Shown piece by piece: positions 9,119 through 18,301 of a stretch of DNA of 64,000 nucleotides. Numbering within the stretch: the stretch's first letter is position 1; every line of letters starts with the position of its first letter. A model generated the notes under the pieces. That model was not told the origin of the DNA. It did no database searches and worked only from the letters and a program-made list of their open reading frames with translations. A program made the position numbers and the translations under genes. Source of the DNA: Candidatus Sumerlaeaceae bacterium (GTDB lineage: Bacteria > Sumerlaeota > Sumerlaeia > Sumerlaeales > Sumerlaeaceae); the NCBI GenBank assembly GCA_051003195.1, contig JBPCLP010000033.1, positions 34,821 to 98,820 on the forward strand, written 5' to 3'.

Positions 9119-10216
9119 ATGTTGGTCTGCCCTGTCTGCGGATTCAGAAACCCGCATTCCAATGAGCGTTGCATCAAGTGCAGCGCGCTGTTGCAGCGCA
9201 ATGAAGAGATCATTAACCAGGCGATGTATGACGGTGCAGAAAAAGCGCGCAAGCAGTTCTGGCGCGATGCGATCGGATCGCGCGTCGAGCGCTTTCAAAG
9301 GTTCCTTAGTTTTCCAACGTGGCAGCCAAATCAGGACCTGGCGTATCGCTTTCCTTTCACTGCCGGGGGACTTAGCCTGCTTCCAGGAGCCGGGCAGATT
9401 TACAATCACCAGGTAAGTAAAGGCATCGTTCTTGGATTGATATGGGCCGTGTTATTAGCCGTCTGTATTTTTACAGTGCTTGCACCGTGGTCAAACCTTC
9501 TTCTGATTGGCCTCGTCATCGCCTGGATGCTGATATGGAACGATGCGGTAGGCACGGCAATCAGGATCAACGGCCAGCGATGGCCTTTACGAAACAGCCT
9601 CGCGCTCCTTTTCGGTGCCATGTTCGTGATCGGCGCTTCGCTTACCGCGCTCCAGTTTTTCGGCCTCAGTATTGTGTCGCTGGTCAGGGTGCGGCAGGAT
9701 GTTCACAGGCCACTTATTCAGCAGGGGGACCACGTGTGGGTTAACCACACCCGTTACTGGTTTAACCTGCCAAAGGCCGGCCATCTTATCTTCTTCGATC
9801 CTCCCCGTTTTACGGCACAAGCGGGATCGAACGAGTATTCCATTAACGTCAAAAGCTACTTTCAGCGAGTAATCGGTCTCGAGGGCGATCACGTGGAAAA
9901 GAAAAACGGCTCGTTCTTCCGTAACGGATATCCGATTGCCCGCGAGCAGTGGCCGATCGGGGGCGAACTGCTTCCAGACTTCTCCGTTGATGTTACAATG
10001 GGGTACGTCGCGGCACCAGTGACCCTCATTCCGCAGGACACCCTGGCTAACATGATCGGTGGGGCCATCAGCGGGGGCATCAGCATTGTAGGCCATGTCG
10101 GACAAAGTAACTTTGTGTTTCCGAAATGGCAGGAGGCCATGCTGGTTCCCAAGGCGCAGATCTTTGGGAAAGCAGTTGCTGTCGTCAATCCGCCCCAGCA
10201 TCGCAAGGGATTATGA
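9119..10216 (+). CDS. zinc-ribbon + multi-TM + S26 signal-peptidase-like domain, catalytic residues absent
   Basis: CPVCG..C.KC ribbon; several TM helices; GDHVWVN..RYWF..PKAGHLIFF..P and YFQRVIGLEGDHV align to SPase I boxes. Confidence 0.75.
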   Translation: MLVCPVCGFRNPHSNERCIKCSALLQRNEEIINQAMYDGAEKARKQFWRDAIGSRVERFQRFLSFPTWQPNQDLAYRFPFTAGGLSLLPGAGQIYNHQVSKGIVLGLIWAVLLAVCIFTVLAPWSNLLLIGLVIAWMLIWNDAVGTAIRINGQRWPLRNSLALLFGAMFVIGASLTALQFFGLSIVSLVRVRQDVHRPLIQQGDHVWVNHTRYWFNLPKAGHLIFFDPPRFTAQAGSNEYSINVKSYFQRVIGLEGDHVEKKNGSFFRNGYPIAREQWPIGGELLPDFSVDVTMGYVAAPVTLIPQDTLANMIGGAISGGISIVGHVGQSNFVFPKWQEAMLVPKAQIFGKAVAVVNPPQHRKGL

Positions 10217-10318
10217 ATGGCTGCTACCGCAGCTTGAGGTCAGCGAATGGGCTTGCATCGGTCGACAGCGGCCATGAAAGTGCTGTAGCCTTACATCCAA
10301 TCCGGGTGATACGAACCG

Positions 10319-13300
10319 ATGCGACTTAAAGACCATAGCCTTTGCCGCCGTATTCCGGTTATAGTATTTACCGCTGGCCTGCTTGCCGTCGGCTGTTCGT
10401 GTAGAGCGGCGGCGCTCTCCGTCAACAGCCGAAAGGTGCAGTTGGGCGAATCGAATCCTGTGTGTGCCTGGGACATTGATGCGGATGGAACCTGTGAGCT
10501 TCTGCTAACCGACCACGGCGGCAAAATGGGTATTTACGATCCCAAGACTCTGAAGCCAATATGGGAGCATCAAGTCGCCGACAAAGCGATAACTTCCCCG
10601 GCGGTTGGAGATTTCGGCGGCACCGGGGCTTACCTCGTTGCGGTGGGCGCTGCGGATGGATGTGTTTACGTCGTTCGGCCAGGCACGGGCGAACTGGTTG
10701 CGAAGTCGACACCTGGGCCGGCAATTGTCCTGCCTCCGACCGTCGTTCCCCTTGGGAAACTTGAACAGGCGGGTGACGGCATTGCCGTCGCGGACGACAG
10801 CGGTGCCATTCGTCTGTTGCGCTTAAAAGGCAGTGAGCTGACGGAGATTTTTGCCGTTGGCAGCAATCTCGATGTTTCAAACCGCGGCTACTCCAACACC
10901 ACTGGCCGCTGCGCAGTACCCCTGGGCTGCGCCGACGTGGATGGAGACGGCGTGCCCGAGCTACTCGGCGGAACAGTAACAGGCATGTTGCAGGCCATAC
11001 CGATAAACGATCCGTCGAAACGCTACCTGTACACCGTGTCGCAGGGGCGCTCGATGCAAACGTCCATATGCGTCGGCGATATCATGGGCGCAGGCAATCC
11101 GAACGTTATTGTCGGTACCGGCAATGACCTCTATGTACTTTCGCAGGGTGCGTCGCAGCGAATGGATTTCCGTGAAGAACGGACGGTCACGGTAAACGGA
11201 GCTGCCAAGGGACAGGCGATACTTGGGCCATTTTTGCCCGATGGCAAAAACTGTCTTGTTGGTTCATCAGAAAATACACTGGTTTCTTTCGCTACCACGC
11301 AACTGAATGGCGAAACGCAATTATTGCCGCGTCTCACTTTCGCAAATCCCGCGGCCCGCTTATCGCCGCTTTCGGTATGCAAGCTCGCCAACGGAAGCTA
11401 CGCAGCTATTGTGGTAGATGAACAGGGCACGATATGGGTTTTGGATCCTGCTAAATCAGGGGACGAAGGACTGAAATATCGTGGGGCAACGGGCGTCGAA
11501 GGAGTAGTGCCGGTGGGTAATCTCACCGGCTCAGGCAAGCTGGAGATCGCGTATTACAACAAGGCAAACGGCACTCTGAATGTCGCAAAGCTGGAGACCG
11601 ACGTTACAAAGGACGCGGCTCCTACCTTTACAATGGGAGTATCCTTTCAGCGGGATGGTCAGTATGGTCCCGTGCTGGATCAGCGAATTGCTGCAGCAAA
11701 AACGCGTTTCGAAAGCGCCTTTACTAACACTCTTGCCCAGTTCGAAGCGGCCATGTCCGCAGGAAAGACAGCCGAAGCGACGAAAATTTCCGCGGAACTC
11801 CTGGGCATGCGCCCGTTTGATGAGAAAGCGCAAAAAGCATACTCCCGGCTTCACTGGAAAGGAAACTTCTTTCGCACACTGATGTTCATCATCGTCGGTA
11901 TTGCGGTGCTCGCGGGCGCTGGTTATGCTGCGATGATGGTGCTGCGCAAGCGCAAGGCAGCACAACGGCTGGCCAGCCTCACAACCAGTTCCGATTATGA
12001 TTCTGCCATTCCCGAGCTCGAGCACCTCGCTGCTCAAAAGCCGCACGACAATGAGCTGGCGCTGAAGCTTGCAGACATGTACGTCACCGCCGGACGCTAC
12101 ACTCCGCAGTCCATACCGATACTGCAGAAAGTCCGGGCTGCGCACCCCGAGGAAAGCCGTTATACCCTCGCTCTCGCACAGGCTTACGCCAACGAAGGTG
12201 ATGAGTCCGACGAGGCACTCGATACGTACCACGTCGCACTGGCTACCCTGGAATCCGGACGCGGGCCAATTGCTTTTCGCGCAGGGAATGCGTTGCGTCG
12301 GCGCAATGATCTCGACAACGCAATCAAGTACTACAAGCTGGCGCTGAAGGAAGGTTATGTTCAACCGGAGCTGACTCGAAATCTCGCGCACGCATTCGTA
12401 GGTGCAGGCCAGTTCAGCGAAAAGAATCTGCCGGTACTGGAGGCTGCATACAAGAATCAGCCGGAGGACGCCCGGTTACTGGAGGGCCTGTGTCGTTGTT
12501 ATGCGGCCGCACGCATTTCTGACAATCGTGCCTGTGTTGCGGCAAAGAGACTTTTGCAGCATAAGCCGGATTCCCAGGTAGGCTTGAGATTGCTTGCAAA
12601 GTGCGAACTGCTGGCCGGAGATTGCGCCTCCGCGCTGGAGCATGCCGAAAAGGCTCGCATCGCAACACCCGACGATGAGGAATTGCTGCTTCTGCTTGCG
12701 CAGTGTTACGTCGTCTCCTCTCGCTCGGATGACAACGCGGTGGAGGTACTCCAGCGCGTAATCAAAACCGCGAGTAGCGCGGAAAGCGCAGAATTTGTGA
12801 AAGCGCTTGCACGAGCTTATGTCGCCCGAGGCAGCAGTGATGACGAAGCTTTCGAGATTCTTAAACGCGCAGCACGGGAGAACCCGCAAGACGAGGAAAT
12901 CGTCGGCGGGCTGGCAAAGACCGCGGAGTCACGCGGCGATTCTGCCACCGTGGTTATTTGCCTGGAGCAGTCCGTCAAACTCGGGCGCCAAACACCGGAA
13001 GTTTACCAGCGACTTGCAAACGCGTATGCCGCCCAGGGAAGCTCCACGCCCGAGTCCGAGCGCGCGTATCGCGAAGCCCTGAAGAACAATCCCGACGATC
13101 TGACTTATTTGCGGGCCCTCGGTTATACGATGCTGCGCCAGGATCGGATGGACGCAGAAGCAGTGCTCGCCCTCGAGCGTCTGCTACAGAAGGAAACTAC
13201 CAGCCTGGATCTTGGTGTGCATCTCGCGCGCGCTTACATGCGTAACTCGCGTTTTGACGATGCCGCGCGCATTGCCAACTATCTACTGCAGCACGCCCCG

Positions 13301-15178
13301 GATAACGATGACCTGAAGAAACTGCTCGCGCAGGCGAGCCTGCAGACAAATCGCCTCGATGATGCAATTGCCCAGTACGAGCAGCTCTATAAGAACAAAC
13401 CCGAAGATGTGGAGGCGACGCTGAACCTTGCCGAAGCCTACGCGCAGAAACAGCGCGTGGATGATGCTGCGGTGATCCTTTACGAAAAGGCGCTGGAAAA
13501 GGATCCGGATCGCGGAGCGGTGCGTGTGCTGCTGGCGCGCCATCATGCTGGTGCAGGCCGCTATGCGCGCGGACTTGAGGAATACCGCCGCGCCGTCACG
13601 TCAGACAAGCGCGCTGCCGGGCAGATCAAGGACGATCTGCGTGCACACATTGCGTCCTCTCCTGACCGACCAGACCTGCGATGGATGCTGGCTGAGCTGC
13701 TGATCGAAGGCAACAACCTTACGGAGGCTATTGAGCAGCTCGACGGCATTTTCGAGCTGGACCCATCGCAGGGCAAGCCGGTGCTGCAGGCCCTGGATCG
13801 AATCCTGGCAAAGGATCCGACCAACCTCCTGGGCAATCTGCGGAAAGGCGTGCTGCTGAAGGCGCAGGGTCGGTACGAGGAAGCGCGACCTTATCTGGAG
13901 CGGGCCCACGCAGCTAACGCGGGGAACGCGGAAGCGGCCGATGAATTACGGGACCTCTATGACACGCTGCTGCACGAGAACGACGATGTGAAGTTGCGGT
14001 TCGAACTGGGTAAAGTGCACTACGCTTTGCAGGATTATGACAACGCCATCGGGCAGTTTCAGAAGACGGCGCAGGATTTCCGCTATGAGAACGAATCCAT
14101 AAAAATGCTAGGGCTGTGCTTTGTTGGCAAGGGCATGCTGGAATTTGCCCTTACCGAGTTTAAGAAACTCGTTATCGATGATGACATGAAGGAAATCATG
14201 TACGACCTGGCGCAACGCTACGAAGCGAAGAACGACATCGTGGGCGCGAAGCAGGTATATCGCGAGTTGTTCCGTGCCGACATTAATTACAAGGACGTGA
14301 AGCGGAAGTTCGACATGCTGGCCGGCAACACGAGCGATCCAATGGCGCTGGAGCGCACCAGCCTGATGACGCAGCTCAGCGAAAAAGCCCGCCGTCGTTA
14401 TGAGCTGGTTGAGGAACTCGGCCGTGGCGCGATGGGCATCGTCTATAAGGCGCGCGACAATGAACTGGATGAATTTGTCGCACTTAAGATTCTGCCGGAT
14501 AATCTTTCGCAGAACCCCGAGGCTGTGCAGCGTTTCCGTAGTGAAGCGAGAAGCGCGCGACGCCTTTCGCACCCGAACATCGTGCGCATTCACGACATCG
14601 GCGAGGAAATGGGCCGTAAGTACATTTCCATGGAGTTTGTGCAGGGCGGCGATTTGAAACAGCACTTCCGCGGTACGCGCAAGGGCAAGCTGCTTCCGGA
14701 AGAAATTGCGAAACTGATGGCGCCGGTTGCCAATGCGCTCGATTACGCACACTCGCTGCACATTGTGCATCGCGATATCAAACCTGCTAACATCATGCTG
14801 GACGAGTTCGGCGTGCCCAAAGTGAGCGATTTCGGGATCGCTAAAATGCTGGAGAAAACCAGCGAGACCATGGTCGGTGCGATCATCGGAACTCCATTGT
14901 ACATGAGCCCGGAGCAGGTGCAGGGCCTGGGTGTGGACAACCGCGCCGACATTTACGCGCTTGGAATCATGATGTACGAGTTTGCGAATGGGCGTCCGCC
15001 ATTTACGGAAGGCGACCTTGCCTACCAGCACATTCACGTCATGCCGAAGCCCATTGAAGGAATACCGGACAGCCTGAATGAGATCATAATGCGTTGCCTG
15101 GAAAAAGACCGCGACCAACGCTGGGCGAACGCGGGCGAAATACAAAAGGCATTCGAACAAAGCGGACTCATGAACTAG
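10319..15178 (+). CDS. receptor-type Ser/Thr (Hanks) protein kinase: FG-GAP/propeller ectodomain, TM, TPR array, C-terminal kinase
   Basis: Signal peptide; DIDADG, DVDGDGVPE and GDFGG FG-GAP-like repeats; TM followed by RKRK; TPR-like helices; GRGAMG, VALK, HRDIKPAN, DFG and GTPLYMSPE all intact. Confidence 0.9.
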   Translation: MRLKDHSLCRRIPVIVFTAGLLAVGCSCRAAALSVNSRKVQLGESNPVCAWDIDADGTCELLLTDHGGKMGIYDPKTLKPIWEHQVADKAITSPAVGDFGGTGAYLVAVGAADGCVYVVRPGTGELVAKSTPGPAIVLPPTVVPLGKLEQAGDGIAVADDSGAIRLLRLKGSELTEIFAVGSNLDVSNRGYSNTTGRCAVPLGCADVDGDGVPELLGGTVTGMLQAIPINDPSKRYLYTVSQGRSMQTSICVGDIMGAGNPNVIVGTGNDLYVLSQGASQRMDFREERTVTVNGAAKGQAILGPFLPDGKNCLVGSSENTLVSFATTQLNGETQLLPRLTFANPAARLSPLSVCKLANGSYAAIVVDEQGTIWVLDPAKSGDEGLKYRGATGVEGVVPVGNLTGSGKLEIAYYNKANGTLNVAKLETDVTKDAAPTFTMGVSFQRDGQYGPVLDQRIAAAKTRFESAFTNTLAQFEAAMSAGKTAEATKISAELLGMRPFDEKAQKAYSRLHWKGNFFRTLMFIIVGIAVLAGAGYAAMMVLRKRKAAQRLASLTTSSDYDSAIPELEHLAAQKPHDNELALKLADMYVTAGRYTPQSIPILQKVRAAHPEESRYTLALAQAYANEGDESDEALDTYHVALATLESGRGPIAFRAGNALRRRNDLDNAIKYYKLALKEGYVQPELTRNLAHAFVGAGQFSEKNLPVLEAAYKNQPEDARLLEGLCRCYAAARISDNRACVAAKRLLQHKPDSQVGLRLLAKCELLAGDCASALEHAEKARIATPDDEELLLLLAQCYVVSSRSDDNAVEVLQRVIKTASSAESAEFVKALARAYVARGSSDDEAFEILKRAARENPQDEEIVGGLAKTAESRGDSATVVICLEQSVKLGRQTPEVYQRLANAYAAQGSSTPESERAYREALKNNPDDLTYLRALGYTMLRQDRMDAEAVLALERLLQKETTSLDLGVHLARAYMRNSRFDDAARIANYLLQHAPDNDDLKKLLAQASLQTNRLDDAIAQYEQLYKNKPEDVEATLNLAEAYAQKQRVDDAAVILYEKALEKDPDRGAVRVLLARHHAGAGRYARGLEEYRRAVTSDKRAAGQIKDDLRAHIASSPDRPDLRWMLAELLIEGNNLTEAIEQLDGIFELDPSQGKPVLQALDRILAKDPTNLLGNLRKGVLLKAQGRYEEARPYLERAHAANAGNAEAADELRDLYDTLLHENDDVKLRFELGKVHYALQDYDNAIGQFQKTAQDFRYENESIKMLGLCFVGKGMLEFALTEFKKLVIDDDMKEIMYDLAQRYEAKNDIVGAKQVYRELFRADINYKDVKRKFDMLAGNTSDPMALERTSLMTQLSEKARRRYELVEELGRGAMGIVYKARDNELDEFVALKILPDNLSQNPEAVQRFRSEARSARRLSHPNIVRIHDIGEEMGRKYISMEFVQGGDLKQHFRGTRKGKLLPEEIAKLMAPVANALDYAHSLHIVHRDIKPANIMLDEFGVPKVSDFGIAKMLEKTSETMVGAIIGTPLYMSPEQVQGLGVDNRADIYALGIMMYEFANGRPPFTEGDLAYQHIHVMPKPIEGIPDSLNEIIMRCLEKDRDQRWANAGEIQKAFEQSGLMN

Positions 15179-15183
15179 CCGGC

Positions 15184-15213
15184 AAAAAAGAAGCCGGAGC
15201 GTTTGCCCCGGCT
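15184..15213 (-). terminator. intrinsic terminator
   Basis: AGCCGG...CCGGCT stem followed by a U-run on the minus strand, downstream of the YHS-like gene. Confidence 0.55.
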
Positions 15214-15237
15214 GGTGAACTCGCTTAACCCGTTTGA

Positions 15238-15555
15238 CTACTTCTTGGCGCTGGCTTTGGCCTTCTCGAGCATGTTGTCAGGGTCCGCCTTGAACTTGTC
15301 TTTGCACATGTCGCAGCACAGCGTCACCTTCTGCCCCTTGTGCACGACCGTAATGGGGTTACCCATTGCATTGACGTCCTGCCCGCTTACCGGGCAAATC
15401 TGGTTGTTGATCGCAGTTTCGCCGCCCGATTTGTTGCGCTTCGTCTTGGCCCGCTGCGTGCTGGTGCTCTCCTGCGTGCTGCTTGTTGTATCCTGGCCCA
15501 TGGCGATACCAACTGCCAACGAGAACGCCAGGACAGTGGCTGCTAGATGTTTCAT
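15238..15555 (-). CDS. secreted YHS/TRASH-like metal-binding protein
   Basis: Signal peptide; NQICPVSG...KVTLCCDMCKDKFKADP motif. Confidence 0.8.
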   Translation of the reverse strand: MKHLAATVLAFSLAVGIAMGQDTTSSTQESTSTQRAKTKRNKSGGETAINNQICPVSGQDVNAMGNPITVVHKGQKVTLCCDMCKDKFKADPDNMLEKAKASAKK

Positions 15556-15707
15556 CTAATTGCTTCTCCTTTTCGAATGCATTACGTGTGTATTCGCGTG
15601 GCACGGAAATACCCTGCGCAAGCAAATCGCGCAATTATCGTAGCAATTTTCGAGCACAAGCCCGCTGGGATGCTTGAAGTGTCGAATAAGCGAGAAATAA
15701 CAGTGAG

Positions 15708-18149
15708 ATGAACTGCCCCAAGCTTCTGCTTTGCGTGCTGCTGCTCGCCTGTAACAGTCTATCACACCGCCTATACGCGCAGGCTGATGCCGCGCCACGT
15801 CGGCAGAGTCTCCCAGACCCACTCAAAGCACGTTCACTGAACCCGAATTTCGATCTATATCCGGACTCTTCGCTCGCAGATTTCAGTTCATTGCTGACAG
15901 CGCCTGCGGGGTCGCGGGGCTTTGTTACCACCGATGCAGATGGTCACTTTCATTTCAAAAGTGATGCGTCACGCGCACGATTCTGGGGTGTCACAATTAC
16001 GCAGGAGCACATCGATATTCCGAAACGCCGAATCGATGAGGTCGTCGACGTGCTGGCCCGAGCCGGCTGCAATATGGTTCGTTTTCACTCGCTGGATAAC
16101 CGCGCCGGACTGCAATACGGCTTCCTTCGACGCACCATCATCGACGAAACGCCGCCTCACGAAAACGATACCCAGCACCTGGATTCGGAATACCTGGACC
16201 GCCTGGACTATTGGATCGCCAGGCTGAAGGAACGCGGAATTTATACCTACCTTGTGCTGCGAGGCTTCAGGCACTACCTCCCAGGCGATGATGTCCACAA
16301 CGCGCTAAAGCTTCCGCGCGGTGCGACGCCCATGGCAATCTTCAATGAGCGGCTGATTGAGCTGCAGATTCAATACGCGCGGAATCTTCTCGCCACCCAC
16401 AGAAACCCGTACACGAAACTGAACTATGCGAGCGATCCGGCGATCGCATTGATCGAAGTTTTTAACGAGGACTCTCTCTTCGCTCGACCGCGCATGTGGC
16501 AGGAGATGATCGAGCCGTATCGTACCGAGTTCCACAAGCTATGGATCGACTACCTCAGACGCAGCTACAAAACTACAGTGGGCCTGCGCCAGGCCTGGAC
16601 GAACGTCGACGGACTCTGCGCATTACAGACCACCGAAACCTTTGAAGCCGCCAACATCCTTCTGCCCGACATGAATGCCAACCAGACGTTCGAACAGGCG
16701 CAGGCCGAGCCTTTCACGCACCCGCTAAAGTCACCCACCCGCCGCCGTGACGGTGTCCGCTTCGCCATCGAGCTGCAGCGTAAATACTTTCGCCGGATGA
16801 TGGATGCACTTCACGCAATGGGAGTACGCGTTCCCTGCACTGGTGTGGTGGCGGGCAAGTCCATTCCGGACACCTACAGCGCCGCGTGCGAGTTCGACTT
16901 CACTGCCGAGAACATGTACCAGGAGCACCCCGAATACGAGCCCGGTCGCGATTGGCTGCCGCCTGCTTATTACCACGACACCAACTATCTTACCAACACC
17001 GATCCAAGCAGTGGCGTACCCTTTGTCGCGCGTTACAAGTGGGCCGGCAAGCCCCTCGCCGTCCGTGAATGGGCCACCTGCTGGCCCAACCAATACCGCG
17101 CCGCCAGCATGATGGAAATGGCCAGCTACGGCCGCATGCAGGATTGGGACTGCATTCTCTACTTCGCCTATTTTACTACGGGCGATTTTACACGTCTGAG
17201 CAGCTTCGCGCTCAACAATGATCCTGCCCGCTGGAGTTTGTTTGGTCCGGCCGCCCAGGTCTTCCTCTCACCCAATTCCATCGCGCCCGCTGCGCAGTTG
17301 GTGCATATCGGCTATAGCGATGAAGACATGTACGCCTACTCCAGCTGGGAAGATCCATTGCACACCCTCGCGTGGAAGTACCGCGTCCAAAACGTGCACC
17401 TGCCTGCTCCTATTGATCAGTTAAGCAACTTAGTTCCAAGCGGGCGATCAAAACTGCCCTTTTACCTCAGCAAGAAAGTCGACGCTGCCGCCGAGCAAAG
17501 CATGTCCTATGGGCTAAATTCCGCCGCGTTTAAAACGCTGCAGCAACAGCCAGTCCCAGGCGCCGTCACGCGTGACACCAACTCTGCGAACATGAAAGTC
17601 GACACACCAACCGTGCAGGTCGCGCAGGGCATCACCACCGGTGGTTTGTTAGCCACCTCACAACTGACTGTGCAAAGCTCATCGCCGTTCGCCGCAGTTA
17701 CCGCGCTCTCCCTCGACGATCAACCACTCAGCTCCTCACAGCGCTACCTGGTAAAACAGATCACCGTTGCCGAGAACCGGAAGCAGTTGCTCGAGTCCTC
17801 AAAGAACCCTGCTATGAAGAACATGAAAGTCATGGTCACGGAAGGTACCACGCCGATTGTCACCCGCGCCGACTACGACACCTCCGGTACGCGAATTACC
17901 TTAAATGGCAAAGAACTCGTCCATGCGCAGATGTTCAACGGCACTTGGGAACTCCTCGTCGATGACCAACACCGCACCGCCTACCTTTACTGCGATTTGC
18001 CGAATGCGGAATTTACGATCCAGTTACCCGGAGCACAGGCGTATCAGCTGATCGCGCATCCTGACGAAACTTCTGCAACGTCCGCAATGCAGGTTCCCAC
18101 AACCTTTAAATACCCTGGCTGGGCGAAGTACGCAGAGCTGAGATACTAA
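15708..18149 (+). CDS. secreted clan GH-A glycoside hydrolase (GH5-like)
   Basis: Signal peptide; RFWGV, GCNMVRFH, LDYWIARLKERGIY, HRNPYT...YASDPAIALIEVFNED (acid/base) and VREW (putative nucleophile). Confidence 0.8.
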   Translation: MNCPKLLLCVLLLACNSLSHRLYAQADAAPRRQSLPDPLKARSLNPNFDLYPDSSLADFSSLLTAPAGSRGFVTTDADGHFHFKSDASRARFWGVTITQEHIDIPKRRIDEVVDVLARAGCNMVRFHSLDNRAGLQYGFLRRTIIDETPPHENDTQHLDSEYLDRLDYWIARLKERGIYTYLVLRGFRHYLPGDDVHNALKLPRGATPMAIFNERLIELQIQYARNLLATHRNPYTKLNYASDPAIALIEVFNEDSLFARPRMWQEMIEPYRTEFHKLWIDYLRRSYKTTVGLRQAWTNVDGLCALQTTETFEAANILLPDMNANQTFEQAQAEPFTHPLKSPTRRRDGVRFAIELQRKYFRRMMDALHAMGVRVPCTGVVAGKSIPDTYSAACEFDFTAENMYQEHPEYEPGRDWLPPAYYHDTNYLTNTDPSSGVPFVARYKWAGKPLAVREWATCWPNQYRAASMMEMASYGRMQDWDCILYFAYFTTGDFTRLSSFALNNDPARWSLFGPAAQVFLSPNSIAPAAQLVHIGYSDEDMYAYSSWEDPLHTLAWKYRVQNVHLPAPIDQLSNLVPSGRSKLPFYLSKKVDAAAEQSMSYGLNSAAFKTLQQQPVPGAVTRDTNSANMKVDTPTVQVAQGITTGGLLATSQLTVQSSSPFAAVTALSLDDQPLSSSQRYLVKQITVAENRKQLLESSKNPAMKNMKVMVTEGTTPIVTRADYDTSGTRITLNGKELVHAQMFNGTWELLVDDQHRTAYLYCDLPNAEFTIQLPGAQAYQLIAHPDETSATSAMQVPTTFKYPGWAKYAELRY

Positions 18150-18240
18150 TGTGCCGAATCAGTAGTTCCTTACCAACCAAAGGGCAGGCTTGAACTCGAT
18201 TCGGCACACAGAACAGATTACGAACTAACGGTAAACCACA
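18150..18240 (+). mobile_element. family 1 miniature element, copy B
   Basis: Starts immediately after the TAA stop of the GH gene (CTAA|TGTGCCGAATC). Confidence 0.75.
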
Positions 18241-18301
18241 GCTGCTGCTCTTCTGTGCTTGCTCTGTGTATCTGTGCTCTGTGGTTTAAAAGCACTTCAG
18301 T

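Noticed and set aside
15599..15613. TGGCACG upstream of the GH-A gene as a sigma54 promoter
   Set aside because: The -24 element is perfect but there is no GC at the -12 position (TGGCACGGAAATACC).
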